Notes: generated by a model not told the origin, from the letters alone. A stretch of 64,000 nucleotides of DNA from Alphaproteobacteria bacterium (GCA_964291265.2 OZ219747.1:3552001-3616000); one strand, 5' to 3'; numbered from the stretch's first letter, positions 19,927-30,625 are shown. Numbers and translations are program-made.

Positions 19927-21318
19927 TCACGAAGCCTTCCCGCGACTCGTGCACCTGGCGCGGATAGTCTCGAGGAGCCCGCGTGCAGCCATGACTTCAC
20001 CTCCCTTGGGACGGCCTGGCCTGTGGCGCCGGTTCCATGCCATGAGGTCGATGTGGGCCCAGGGAATGGTGCTGTCCACGAACTTCTCGAGAAAGAGAGC
20101 CGCCGTGATCGCCCCGGCAAAGGAAGTCGAGCCCGTGGTCCGCAGGTCCGCAACGTCGCTGCTGATGTCCGAAGCATAGCCGGACCACAAGGGCAGACGC
20201 CAGACGGGATCCTCGACACGGAGGCAGCTGTCCATGATGTCCCGCGCGAGGCTTTCCTCGTTGCAGAAAAGCGCCGGCAGATCGGGCCCGAGGGCCACGC
20301 GGGCCGCACCGGTCAGCGTCGCGAGATCCACCAGCAGGTCCGTTCCCGCCGATGAAGCCTCAGCAAGGGCATCACAGAGGATGACCCTGCCTTCGGCATC
20401 GGTATTGCCGATCTCGATGGTGAGCCCCTTGCGGGTGCGGAAGACATCGAGCGGCCTGAAGGCGTTGCCGGAAATGGCGTTGTCGACGGCCGGAACCATG
20501 AGGCGAAGCCTTACGGGAAGACCGAGATCCATGATCATGGACGCAAGGGCAATGGCGGTTGCGGCACCGCCCATGTCCTTCTTCATGAGCAGCATGCCGC
20601 CTGAAGACTTGATGTCGAGGCCACCGGAATCGAAACAAACTCCCTTGCCAATCAGGGTGACGCGGTAGGCAGCAGGATCGCCCCAAATCATGTCGACGAG
20701 CCGCGGTGCCCGTGAACTGGCACGTCCTACCGCATGAATTGACGGAAAATTCTTCTCAAGAAGGTCATCACCCACGACGGTCGTCAGATCACCCTGATGA
20801 CGATCGGCGAGCGCCGCCACTTCCCCGGCGAGTTCCGCCGGGCCGAGATCCTCGGCGGGCGTGTTGATGAGATCGCGGCCAAGCCAGACCGCACGGGCCA
20901 CGGTTTCGACTTCTGTCCGGTCGGCCTGACCCGGAAAAACCATTCGTGCCGTCTTGCGTTCGCTGCTTTGATAGCGCCCGAACCGGTAGCTGCCCAGAGC
21001 CCAGCCAAGGGCATAGGCCGTCGCTCTGTCGCCATCCACGTCATCTGCGAGACGCCACGTCACGGAGGAGGGCAGGTGCACCGGCAGTTCGGCAAGGGTC
21101 ATCATGCCTGCGGGTTCGTCGGCAATCACCAGCACGCGAGCGACATCGCCATCCGCATCGGGGACCGCGATGTGCCACGTCCCGGAGGTTCCGGGGTCGT
21201 GGCTCCTGATCCAGCGGGCCTGATGATCGGGAATGGCAGCGAGCCAGTCCTCGAGATCATGGCGGGCGACAACGTCAAGACCGACAGCGCCGTGCGTGTC
21301 GTTGGCGAAACACTCCAT
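19927..21318 (-). CDS. Leucyl aminopeptidase (M17)
   Basis: GKGVCFDSGGLDIK, MKKDMGGAA, NTDAEGR, ATLTGA. Confidence 0.93.
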   Translation of the reverse strand: MECFANDTHGAVGLDVVARHDLEDWLAAIPDHQARWIRSHDPGTSGTWHIAVPDADGDVARVLVIADEPAGMMTLAELPVHLPSSVTWRLADDVDGDRATAYALGWALGSYRFGRYQSSERKTARMVFPGQADRTEVETVARAVWLGRDLINTPAEDLGPAELAGEVAALADRHQGDLTTVVGDDLLEKNFPSIHAVGRASSRAPRLVDMIWGDPAAYRVTLIGKGVCFDSGGLDIKSSGGMLLMKKDMGGAATAIALASMIMDLGLPVRLRLMVPAVDNAISGNAFRPLDVFRTRKGLTIEIGNTDAEGRVILCDALAEASSAGTDLLVDLATLTGAARVALGPDLPALFCNEESLARDIMDSCLRVEDPVWRLPLWSGYASDISSDVADLRTTGSTSFAGAITAALFLEKFVDSTIPWAHIDLMAWNRRHRPGRPKGGEVMAARGLLETIRARCTSRGKAS

Positions 21319-21399
21319 TCCGGTCCCCGGCGGTTGCCTGGTCCCACAGTGGCACACTTCGACAGTTTGCGGTATTCACCCCCACGGGATGTGCCAGCC

Positions 21400-23739
21400 A
21401 TGACGAACCGTACCGACCTCGCGTCTCTCGATGCCCTGCAGAGGAAGGTGCTGTGGCTGTCGAGCTGGATGATTCACCACGCCAATCACCTGCGTCCGTC
21501 CCGGGACGGGCTCAAGGTGGGCGGGCACCAGGCATCGTGCGCTTCCATCGTGCAGATCATGTGCGCACTCTACTTTCATGTCCTCATGCCGCGGGACAGA
21601 ATCGCCGTCAAGCCCCATGCCAGTCCCGTTTTCCATGCCATCCAGTATCTCCTGGGACACCAGAGTCGCGAACAGATCGAGGCCTTCCGAGCCCTGGGCG
21701 GAGCCCAGTCATATCCGTCGCGTACCAAGGACGCCGATGACGTGGACCTGTCGACCGGATCGGTGGGGCTGGGCGTTGCGATGACCGCCTTCACCGCACT
21801 CGTGGAGGACTATCTGGGCCGCAAGAACCTGCTTTCCGACCACGACAGCGCCGGACGCATGGTGGCGCTCGTCGGCGATGCGGAACTCGATGAGGGCAAC
21901 GTCTGGGAGGCTCTTCTCGAGAGCTGGAAACACAACATCGGCAATGTCTGGTGGATTGTGGACTACAACAGGCAGAGTCTCGACAGTGTCGTTTCGGACC
22001 GGTTGTTCAGGAGAATACAGGGATTCTTCGGCGCGGTCGGCTGGAAGGTTGTCACGCTCAAGTACGGCAAGCGACTTGAGGCCGCATTCCGGCAACCCGG
22101 GGGCGATGACCTGCGCGCCTGGATCGATGCCTGTCCCAACGATCTCTACTCGGCGCTGTGCTTCAAGGGCGGCGGCGCCTGGCGCGAACGTCTCGAAGGG
22201 GACTTCGGCGCATCCGGCCCCGGCCGCCGTCTCGTTGACGACCTCGACGATGATTCTCTCCACCGATTGATGACAAACCTCGCCGGACATGACCTCGAAA
22301 GCCTGCTCGAGGGCTTCACCGGCGAAATGACCGGAGATGACCAGCCGGTCTGCTTCATCTGCTACACGATCAAGGGGTTTGGCCTTCCCTTCGCCGGGCA
22401 CAAGGACAATCACGCCGGTCTCATGAATCCCACCCAGATGGCACGGTTCCGGAACCAGAATGGCATCGCCGAGGGGAGCGAATGGGAGCCCTATGCCGGC
22501 ATGGAGGACCGAGCGGAGGAACTCGATGCCTTTCTTTCCAGCACCCCCTTCGCCCAGGAGTATCCACGCCGCCATGCGGCACCGGCGGTCGCGGTACCCG
22601 AGCGGCTGCCGTTCAAGGGGGAGGCGCGGAACTCAACCCAGCAGGTGTTCGGATCCATCCTCAGCGAGCTTGGCCGGAGCGATCATGAACTGGCCGACCG
22701 CATCGTCACGACCTCGCCGGATGTCGCCGTATCCACCAACCTGGGACCATGGATCAACAGACGAGGCCTCTTCGATCGACGGGAACATACCGACATCTTC
22801 AAGGCGGAAAAGGTGATGTCGGCCCAATCGTGGGACATCAGTCACAAGGGTCAGCACATCGAACTCGGCATTGCCGAAAACAACCTCTTCCTTCTCGTCG
22901 CCGCCATGGGCCTTGCCCACAGCCTCTTCGGGGTGAGGCTGCTGCCAATCGGCACTCTCTATGACCCCTTCATCTGCCGCGGTCTCGACTCCCTCAACCA
23001 TGCCTGCTACCAGGACAGTCGTTTCATGCTTGCCGGCACGCCTTCAGGGATCTCGCTGGCACCCGAGGGTGGCGCCCACCAGTCGATCTACACACCCCTC
23101 ATTGGACTCGGCCAAGCCGGACTCATTGCCTTCGAACCGGCCTACGGGGACGAACTCTCCGTCATCATGCGCTGGGGTTTCGAGCACATGCAGGCGAGCG
23201 ACGGATGTTCCATCTACATGCGGCTCTCGACCCGTCCCGTCGAGCAGATCGAACGCACTGTCACACCGGATCTCGAATCCGGAATTGTCTCTGGTGGATA
23301 CTGGCTCTTCGAACCCGGAACGGCATCTGAGATCGCCATCGTTGCGATGGGGGCGACGGTGACCGAGGCGATGGCAGCCCGCACCATGCTGAATGAGGAT
23401 CTCGTGGATGTCGGCCTTCTCGTGGTGACGTCCGCCGATCTCCTGATGGCTGGCTGGCACAGGCGTGACGGCAATTCGCATGCCGAACGGCTGCTTGCAC
23501 GCCTTCCCTCAGACGCCGGCCTTGTCACGGTCTGTGACGCCCATCCCGCCACCCTGTCGTGGATGGCGGCTGTCGGCCGCCACCGGATTCGCGCTCTCGG
23601 TGTGACGGACTTCGGCCAGAGTGCCGATGTACCTGATCTCTACCGTTTGCACGGCATTGACGCCGCCGCCATTGTCGATGCCGCCTCCAGCCTGTGCCTT
23701 GAGCGGTCGGAATTGTCGCTCGGCGAGTTTCGCGCGTAA
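21400..23739 (+). CDS. Transketolase-like / pyruvate dehydrogenase E1 (AceE-type) TPP enzyme
   Basis: KVGGHQAS, STGSVGLG, GDAELDEG..N, DYNRQSLD, ELGIAENN, EGGAHQS. Confidence 0.85.
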   Translation: MTNRTDLASLDALQRKVLWLSSWMIHHANHLRPSRDGLKVGGHQASCASIVQIMCALYFHVLMPRDRIAVKPHASPVFHAIQYLLGHQSREQIEAFRALGGAQSYPSRTKDADDVDLSTGSVGLGVAMTAFTALVEDYLGRKNLLSDHDSAGRMVALVGDAELDEGNVWEALLESWKHNIGNVWWIVDYNRQSLDSVVSDRLFRRIQGFFGAVGWKVVTLKYGKRLEAAFRQPGGDDLRAWIDACPNDLYSALCFKGGGAWRERLEGDFGASGPGRRLVDDLDDDSLHRLMTNLAGHDLESLLEGFTGEMTGDDQPVCFICYTIKGFGLPFAGHKDNHAGLMNPTQMARFRNQNGIAEGSEWEPYAGMEDRAEELDAFLSSTPFAQEYPRRHAAPAVAVPERLPFKGEARNSTQQVFGSILSELGRSDHELADRIVTTSPDVAVSTNLGPWINRRGLFDRREHTDIFKAEKVMSAQSWDISHKGQHIELGIAENNLFLLVAAMGLAHSLFGVRLLPIGTLYDPFICRGLDSLNHACYQDSRFMLAGTPSGISLAPEGGAHQSIYTPLIGLGQAGLIAFEPAYGDELSVIMRWGFEHMQASDGCSIYMRLSTRPVEQIERTVTPDLESGIVSGGYWLFEPGTASEIAIVAMGATVTEAMAARTMLNEDLVDVGLLVVTSADLLMAGWHRRDGNSHAERLLARLPSDAGLVTVCDAHPATLSWMAAVGRHRIRALGVTDFGQSADVPDLYRLHGIDAAAIVDAASSLCLERSELSLGEFRA

Positions 23740-23767
23740 TCTGGCAACGATCTTCGGAGAATCAGGC

Positions 23768-25195
23768 ATGTCAGCAAGCGATCTTCATTATCTTGGCGCC
23801 GTCGACGCAGTCCGCATGTTCCGCACCCGCGACTTGTCACCGGTGGAACTGATGGACGCCGTGATCACGCGTGCAGAAGCAGTGGCGCCGCGCCTCAATC
23901 CCTTCAGCCAGACGTTCTTCGATGAAGCCCGCGATCAGGCGAAAAAGGCGGAAACGCGCTATGCCAGAGGCAATCGCACCCGTTCGCTCGAGGGCCTGCC
24001 GCTGGCGGTCAAGGACGAGGAGACGATCAGGGGGTTGCCGGCAACATCGGGTTCGACCGCCTTTCGACACGCGATCGGCGAGGAAACCACGCCCGTTGTC
24101 GAGCGCTGCTTCAATGCCGGCGCGATCATGCATGTGAGAACCACGACGCCGGAATTTTCCTGCGCCGGAGTCTGTCACACCCGGCACTGGGGCGTGACAC
24201 GCAACCCGTGGAACACGGAATACACGCCAGGCGGTTCATCGGGGGGATCAGGAGCAACCCTGGCGGCCGGCGCCTCTTCTCTCGCCACAGGTTCGGACAT
24301 TGCCGGATCGATCCGAATTCCTGCGAGCTGTTCAGGAGTGGTCGGCTTCAAACCCCCCTACGGACGGAATCCGCAGGGTCATGTCTTCAATCTCGACACC
24401 TACTGCCATTCGGGGCCCATGGCGCGCTCCGTCGCCGACTGTGCCCTCTTGCAGAACGCCATGGCCGGTCCCCACCCCCGGGACATTGCGACACTGAAGC
24501 CGAAACTGCGCCTTCCTCTCGACTATGCGCCGGTCGAGGGCATGCGCATTGCCCTCTCCATTGACCTTGGATACTGCGAGGTCGACGAGGACGTACGCCG
24601 GAACACACTCGATTCGGCCACCAAGCTGAAGGAGGCAGGCGCCGTCGTCGATGAGGTGGAGATCGGCTGGTCCTGGGACGTGCTGACTGCGGCGATGAAC
24701 TATCTCGGTCACCTCTTCGGCAACTCCATCGCTCCCGCCCTGCGCCGTCATCGTCATGAACTGATGCCTTACACAGTCGCCTTCGCCGACTTCGGTGCGG
24801 GGACCACGGGCGAGGACTTCCTCGATGCCCAGAAACTTGCCGGCGAGATGTACGATGTCCTGGGCCCTCTGCTGTCGCGCTACGACGCGCTGGTGTGCCC
24901 GACGAATGCGCTGGCCGCGGTTCCCGCGGACTTCGACTCCACAAGGGAGGACCTCACCATCAACGGAGTTGCCGTCGATCCCATGCTCGGCTGGGTCATG
25001 ACCTATCCCTTCAACATCATGTCTCGCTGCCCCGTTCTCACCGTTCCATCCGGTCTCGACCGCAATCATGTGCCGACCGGCCTGCAGGTCGTCGGCCGCA
25101 CGTATGATGACCCGACAGTCTTTCGCATCGGACATGCCGTCGAGTCGGCCGACCCCTGGTACACCAACCCGGCGCGCCGTCCTGATGTCAGCTAG
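23768..25195 (+). CDS. Amidase signature family enzyme
   Basis: PLAVKD, GGSSGGSG, GSDIAGSIRIPAS..GVVGFKP. Confidence 0.92.
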   Translation: MSASDLHYLGAVDAVRMFRTRDLSPVELMDAVITRAEAVAPRLNPFSQTFFDEARDQAKKAETRYARGNRTRSLEGLPLAVKDEETIRGLPATSGSTAFRHAIGEETTPVVERCFNAGAIMHVRTTTPEFSCAGVCHTRHWGVTRNPWNTEYTPGGSSGGSGATLAAGASSLATGSDIAGSIRIPASCSGVVGFKPPYGRNPQGHVFNLDTYCHSGPMARSVADCALLQNAMAGPHPRDIATLKPKLRLPLDYAPVEGMRIALSIDLGYCEVDEDVRRNTLDSATKLKEAGAVVDEVEIGWSWDVLTAAMNYLGHLFGNSIAPALRRHRHELMPYTVAFADFGAGTTGEDFLDAQKLAGEMYDVLGPLLSRYDALVCPTNALAAVPADFDSTREDLTINGVAVDPMLGWVMTYPFNIMSRCPVLTVPSGLDRNHVPTGLQVVGRTYDDPTVFRIGHAVESADPWYTNPARRPDVS

Positions 25196-25844
25196 GTCAT
25201 GGAGCCAGCGAGCGTGCGCAGCGCTCCTTGCCGTGGTTCTGGCGCCGGCCGGAGCCCAGGCCATCACCGGAGAGGCAACGGTGGTGGATGGCGACACTCT
25301 TGTGATCGGTACCGAACGCATCCGCGTGTTCGGAATCGATGCACCCGAAAGCGACCAGGACTGTGGCGATGGCTGGCCCTGCGGCCAGGAAGCGACCAAC
25401 GCCGTGGAAGAGCTGGCCAGGGGCAAGTCCGTGCGTTGTGAGGGCGATTCCCGCGACGTCTACGGCAGGCTGATCGCCATCTGCCATGCCGGGTCCGTGG
25501 ACATAGGCGGTGATCTTGTTCGCCGGGGCCTTGCCCTCGCCTACCGCCGCTACTCCATGGCCTACGTGGAACTCGAGGACGAGGCAAGACAGAATGGCCG
25601 CGGCATGTGGTCCGGCGCGTTCGTCGCTCCTTGGGACTGGCGCCGGGGCGTGAGAGTGCCTGAGGAACCGGACATCGCGGGCCCCACGTCCGAGGGGGAC
25701 GTGTTGGCCCTCTACGACGACAACGACAACGGATCGATTTCCTGCAGCGAAGCGCGCCGTCACGGCATTGCGCCGGTCGCGGCCGGGCATCCGGCCTATC
25801 AGTTCATGAGAGATGGCGACGGCGACAGAGTCGTCTGCGAATAG
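25185..25844 (+). CDS. Secreted thermonuclease with C-terminal EF-hand/Excalibur-like Ca-binding domain
   Basis: Signal peptide, VVDGDTL, RIR.FGIDAPE..Q.C, DVYGR; tail DDNDNG.ISC.EAR...HPAY..MRDGDGD.VVCE. Confidence 0.82.
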   Translation: MSARSWSQRACAALLAVVLAPAGAQAITGEATVVDGDTLVIGTERIRVFGIDAPESDQDCGDGWPCGQEATNAVEELARGKSVRCEGDSRDVYGRLIAICHAGSVDIGGDLVRRGLALAYRRYSMAYVELEDEARQNGRGMWSGAFVAPWDWRRGVRVPEEPDIAGPTSEGDVLALYDDNDNGSISCSEARRHGIAPVAAGHPAYQFMRDGDGDRVVCE

Positions 25845-25870
25845 CCATGGGATTCGCCGCCCCGCACGGG

Positions 25871-26983
25871 TCAGCCGGGCGGAACGGCGGCAGCCAGGGC
25901 CGTTGCCTTCGTGATGACAGCCTCCTGGTGGGGATAGAGCTGATGGCCGCCCGCCGTGTCGACGTACCGGGCGAAGGGATCCTCGATCGTCGACGAGATC
26001 CCTGACAGCTCTTCCATCACCGTCAGGCCGCAGTAGGGAACGTAGGCGGCCGAATACCCTCCTTCGTGACTTGCCACCAAGGTGCCGCCCGTGAGTTCGT
26101 CGGCAAGATCCAGCATGATTGATGTCAAGTTGCGGTAGGTGGAACTCGTCACCATCATGCGTCCCAGGGGATCGTAGATCGAACCGTCGAAACCCGACGC
26201 AACGACGATGAGTTGCGGCCGAAAGCGCCGCAGTGCCGGCGCGACGACACGCTCGAAGGCGCCAATGTAGGCATCCCGACCCGAACCAGGAGGCAACGGT
26301 ACATTGATGGTCGCTCCCTTTCCCGCGCCCTCACCGGTCTCGTGAATGTGACCGGAGTCTGCCGGATACCAGTTGTCCTGGTGAATCGAGATGGCGAGCA
26401 CATCCCGGTCTTCCCAGAAGATTCGCTGGGTGCCGTTGCCGTGGTGCACGTCCCAGTCGACGACAGCGCAGCGCTCCACGCCATGGTGGTGACGCGCATG
26501 CTCGATGGCCACACCAACGTTGCCGAAGATGCAGAAACCGCGCCCGATGTCGGGTTCGGCATGGTGACCCGGAGGACGGACGAGGGCATAGCCATTGTCG
26601 ATGTCACCACGCAAGGCAGCGTCCACCATGGCGATCGTGCCCCCTGCCGAAAGACAGGCGATCTCGTAGCTGCCGTGACCGAACGGAGTCGCTTCGCCGG
26701 CGTCACCACCATGACCGGCCGACATCTCCTTGATCTTCTCGACATAGTCCCGGGTGTGCACCCTGAGAATGTCCTCTTCGCTCGCCATCACCGGGGCCAC
26801 ATCGACGAGACCGTCGAGGATGCCGGCCACGTCCATGAGATTTCTCATGCGCCGCTTGGTCTCGGCGTTCTCTCCATGTTCACCAGGCTGCACCGTCAAC
26901 CCGGGTCGCAGCCACAGGGCAGCATGCCCCGTGTCATGCCACATGTAGAGTTCGTGAAACAGGAAACCTGTCTTTCGGTTCAT
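25871..26983 (-). CDS. Class II histone deacetylase-like amidohydrolase
   Basis: RPPGHHA, GFC, DWDVHHGNGTQ, SIHQ, SGFD...DPLG, EGGY. Confidence 0.92.
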   Translation of the reverse strand: MNRKTGFLFHELYMWHDTGHAALWLRPGLTVQPGEHGENAETKRRMRNLMDVAGILDGLVDVAPVMASEEDILRVHTRDYVEKIKEMSAGHGGDAGEATPFGHGSYEIACLSAGGTIAMVDAALRGDIDNGYALVRPPGHHAEPDIGRGFCIFGNVGVAIEHARHHHGVERCAVVDWDVHHGNGTQRIFWEDRDVLAISIHQDNWYPADSGHIHETGEGAGKGATINVPLPPGSGRDAYIGAFERVVAPALRRFRPQLIVVASGFDGSIYDPLGRMMVTSSTYRNLTSIMLDLADELTGGTLVASHEGGYSAAYVPYCGLTVMEELSGISSTIEDPFARYVDTAGGHQLYPHQEAVITKATALAAAVPPG

Positions 26984-27010
26984 CGAAGCCTCGTCTGTCT
27001 TGTCGGCGGC

Positions 27011-28051
27011 TTACAGCCAGGGAAGCCTAACACTTCCATCGTCAGAGCGGGAAAGAAAGGCCTCACCCATGGCGCACATGGCGGCGGTGTAGCCTTCCTT
27101 GTTGTCAACGGCAAGCTCGGTTTCGGCGTGGCTGCCGAACCAGGCGAGAATGGCGAAGCGGCGCATCATCACCAGTGACGGAATGATGGCCATGTCATCC
27201 GCCTCCAGGGACCGGACGGACCTGTACCCGGCGCACCAGGCGGCGACGAGATCGCCGGTGGTATCGAGATTGTCGATCAGCGTCAGGGCCGACGCGAGAT
27301 CATAGAGAAACCAGGAGAGACCGCAGTCGTCGAAATCGATGACGCGCGTTTCGTCTCCCACCAGCAACAGGTTGCCGAGGCGAAGATCGCAGTGCGCCAG
27401 TCCGAAACGCCCGGGCGCCATGCCGTAGGTCCCCAGGCGCTCGACAACCTCCTCTTCGACATCTTCGAGAAAGGTGCGCTGAAGCGTGTCATCGAGCGGA
27501 CCATCTCGCCAGTCCCCCCAGTTGGGACGGGGGCCGAAAACGCCGGCAGCATCCCAGTCGAGGCGTTCGAAGAATGCCGGGCGCTGCCATGTCATGGCAT
27601 GGCGATGAAGTCTCGCGCTCACTTCGCCAAGGCGCCTGAATGGTTCTTCCAGATCGACATCCATCGATGGTTCCACGCCATCGATGAACTCGAAGAGCAC
27701 CATGTTCCGAGGGCTTGCCAGACCGGGAACATGGCCGGTCTGGATCTCGTCGCCATCCACGCCGGCAATGGCCTGGGGCGTGACGAGGCCGATGTCGTTC
27801 TGGAGAGCGTGCAACCAGACGAGTTCAGTCCTGATTCCGTCCCTTGAGTGATAGCCGTCACGATGAATCCGGAGGATCCAGCGTTCTCCCGAGGGGCCAT
27901 CGAGCCGCCAGGTCACGTTCTCCGAGACATTGACCAGCGTCACCGATGTCTGGGAAGGCAGATCCCAACGCCCGAGCGACTGGTACGCCAGATCATGCAG
28001 ACGCTCCAAGGTGCTGCCGGTTTCGCTCCATGCCGTGACACCGGTCATCAA
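27011..28051 (-). CDS. APH/homoserine kinase type II-like phosphotransferase
   Basis: SEN.T, LRIHR.GYHS, HCDLRLGN, IDFDDCG..W..YD. Confidence 0.85.
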   Translation of the reverse strand: MMTGVTAWSETGSTLERLHDLAYQSLGRWDLPSQTSVTLVNVSENVTWRLDGPSGERWILRIHRDGYHSRDGIRTELVWLHALQNDIGLVTPQAIAGVDGDEIQTGHVPGLASPRNMVLFEFIDGVEPSMDVDLEEPFRRLGEVSARLHRHAMTWQRPAFFERLDWDAAGVFGPRPNWGDWRDGPLDDTLQRTFLEDVEEEVVERLGTYGMAPGRFGLAHCDLRLGNLLLVGDETRVIDFDDCGLSWFLYDLASALTLIDNLDTTGDLVAAWCAGYRSVRSLEADDMAIIPSLVMMRRFAILAWFGSHAETELAVDNKEGYTAAMCAMGEAFLSRSDDGSVRLPWL

Positions 28052-28064
28052 GGCACCGCCGAAG

Positions 28065-28151
28065 TGGTGCGGACGAGGGGAGTCGAACCCCTACTCCATG
28101 CCTGGAAGCGGATTTTAAGTCCGCTGCGTCTACCCATTTCGCCACGTCCGC
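28065..28151 (-). tRNA. tRNA-Leu (anticodon TAA)
   Basis: GCGGACGTGGCGAAATGGGTAGACGCAGCGGACTTAAAATCCGC...GGGGTTCGACTCCCCTCGTCCGCACCA; long variable arm, encoded CCA. Confidence 0.96.
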
Positions 28152-28199
28152 CCATGGCATTCCGGCTACACAATCCGCCTTCCCGACGCAAGATCATCA

Positions 28200-28846
28200 C
28201 CCTGGATCGCCGTCGGGGAGGACGAGATTGTGATCATGCAGGAGTCCAGGTCCTTCGCACATCTGTCAGTAACTGGTGTGAATTTCCTCTCTGTCAGCCG
28301 AACACCGCACGATGCGTCTCGATCCCGACGCCGGCTCGAACCCGGTCCGGGCATGGAGGATGCTGTGGTTGTCCAAAACATGGCACTCGCCGGGCTGAAG
28401 CTTGTGCCGATAGACCAGGTCCGCTGAACAAAGCTCTGCGGCGAAGGCGCCGGGCAGCCAGGAGGCCATCGAAGAGATTGGCGTCGATTTCAGGTCGGGT
28501 AGGTCACTGGCGCGCACACCCGTAGGCAGAGGCATGATCCGGCACCGCTCATTCGACTGCGGGTTCGCAGAACCACCACAGACCAAGTTTTGACTTATTC
28601 CTGTATCATCAATCCCATCTCCATCAAACGGAAACTTGGTGACAAGAGCTTGACTCGCTGCACGCCCAAGATGAACTGATGCTGGGTGGCGCATAGCTCC
28701 CGCCTTCATCCGTGTGGGGCGCGAGGCGCATCCGGCCGCCGGCTCCGAGATTACGCTCCTCTTTCCAGGGTTGCCGCGCCTCGATCGTCGCAATGGCGCC
28801 AAAGTCGGTGTTGCACATCACGCCCGTCCTTCCGGCAAGACGCCAC
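28200..28846 (-). pseudogene. TauD/gamma-butyrobetaine dioxygenase-like remnant in two pieces
   Basis: LAPHTDE (HxD) at about 28700, and LQPGE..VLDN..ILHARTGF....G.R at about 28300-28420. Confidence 0.6.
28450..28646 (-). mobile_element. Degenerate IS1380-like left end
   Basis: CCCATCTCCATCAAACGGAAACTTGGTGACAA closely matches the IS1380 end at 15874-15905. Confidence 0.6.
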
Positions 28847-29019
28847 TGTCTCGCACGAAGGCGTCTACCGTGCGGTGAAGCTGCTGGCGGCCATTGACAA
28901 CGGGGGACGGTCCCTGGTGCACCGCAGCGGCCACGCAGATGCGAGGGTGATCTCCCCGGCGATGACGCAACACTCCATGATCGTCTCATCTGACATTGGC
29001 CGAGGCCAGGATGTCTGAA
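28847..29019 (+). repeat. About 170-bp repeat, copy A (inverted copy at 32909-33077); probable transposase HTH remnant
   Basis: Shared blocks GAAGGCGTCTACC, GACGGTCCCTGGTGCACCGCAGCGGCCACGCAGA, TGATCTCCCCGGCGATG, CAGGATGTC. Confidence 0.75.
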
Positions 29020-29199
29020 GATTGTCCTTCTCGATGGTCGATGAGACAACTTCAAGGGGAGCCGTTTCCATTGGCCGTTCTTGAAGTTGGTGGCACCTTC
29101 TCGAGGTCGGAACCGGCATATCGACAACGAAATCCGGTCCCGAATGGACCTCCAGATCTGCCTGCAACGCCCCCTCGCCGGACGAAACCGGACAAGAGA

Positions 29200-29467
29200 A
29201 GAGCCTTGGGGACTCGAGAGGGGGCTTCAGAGAGGACTCGAGAGGGGAAGAGCCGAGAGACTCGAGAAGGGAATCGAACGAGGCCGGAGCGAGGCCCTCG
29301 CGGAACTTCTTCTTCGTCAACTGTCCTTGCGCTTCGGTGATGTGCCGGGCGCGGTCCGCGAGCGGGTCCGCAACGCGTCGGCCGCCGAACTGGAGGCCTG
29401 GGCGGAGGCGGTGCTGGTGGCCATGAGCCTTGATGATGTGCTGGCCGCCAGGCCCAGGCACGGGTAG
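29200..29467 (+). pseudogene. Rpn-family / DUF4351 C-terminal fragment
   Basis: (GLERG)n low-complexity run, then LLRQL..RFG.VP..VRERV..AS..ELE.W.E.VL.A.SL.DV. Confidence 0.7.
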
Positions 29468-30625
29468 GCGTTCGGTCACGCGATCATGAAGGGGATGATC
29501 TCAAGAGAATGCTGAGCGAAAACCGGGACAATGCGCAGATGTCACTGTCATGTCCATCATCCTCGCCCCTTTGACCGAATGCTGACGACCGGAACCAACC
29601 AGAATCAGTCCTCACCGTGACCGAACGCTTACAATCGACGTGAACTCCGTGGTCAATGAAACTCCGGATTCTCGATGGAGACCGGGTCGGTCTGCACCTG
29701 ATGTCAGAGATTCAAAACATGGTCCATCTGCTGGAGAACGCACTCAAAGTTCTGGCTCGGATGTCTCCCGTCATCATTCTTGCGGCGTCAATGGTGAACG
29801 CCGCATCTCTGACCCCTCCACGGACAGTCTCGGAACGCGACCGGGATCCCCGGAGAGGACCTGCGCCCAGACTCAGGAAGAACTGCTGGTTGTCGGCGTC
29901 GATCACTGTTGCTTCATCGGAGACGAGCCCCTGCCGGTGCTGGTGAACAGTCCGCCATGCGCCACAACAGGCCACGATCTCGCTGCCCTGCCCCTCCCCG
30001 GCCATCGAGCGGCTCGAACTTCAGAGCAGTGACGGTCCGAGCACTCTTGGCGGTCACGCCGTTCGCGGTGTCATCACGGCGGTCCGAGTGTGGAGGTCGA
30101 TTTCGGATTGGACCCACCAGGCGCCCGGCTGGCGTTGGTAGGAGGACCACTGTCGGGCCCGGCGACCGCAAGACGACTCGGGCAGCAGGCGTCGAGGCGG
30201 CGCACACGAAGAGTTACTCGCTTCTGCGCTTTCTGCACGGCGATGGCGGAACCCACGACGTCACCTATGTACTCGGCGCCAACGGGGTGAGTCATGCCGG
30301 TGAGCGACCGTCGGGGTGTTCGCGGAACCGCTGATGCCCCTTGCCGAAACCCTGGACATCGGAGTTGCCGGACAGGGCGAGGGTGTCGAAGTAAGCGACG
30401 TTCTGGACCATCGCCATGATCATGGGGTTTCCGCGAGGGTCGATCGAGGGAGCGTCCATCGGTTTCGGGCGACGCCCGCTTGAAGATTGCCTTCTCTTTG
30501 CTGTTCGGTGTGAGGGGCTCTGGATGACAAGGCAGGGCGGAGGTTGGCTCATGACTGTTTCCGGGGTGGAGACCTGGGGAGGTGGAATCGGAGAAGGACG
30601 CGAGGGCGATGCTGGTTAAGCTGCA

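Noticed and set aside
20797-21399. N-terminal extensions in the ORF track (980-aa transketolase, 978-aa DMFase, 523-aa IS1595 chimera)
   Set aside because: The extensions overlap neighbouring genes or join unrelated fragments; homology starts at the downstream start codons
28065-28151. tRNA-Leu as the attachment site of the 28-33 kb accessory region
   Set aside because: The region lies 5' of the tRNA, and I found no duplicated tRNA 3' end or intact integrase
29500-30620. Short ORFs on both strands
   Set aside because: No recognisable family and inconsistent frames; probably decayed sequence
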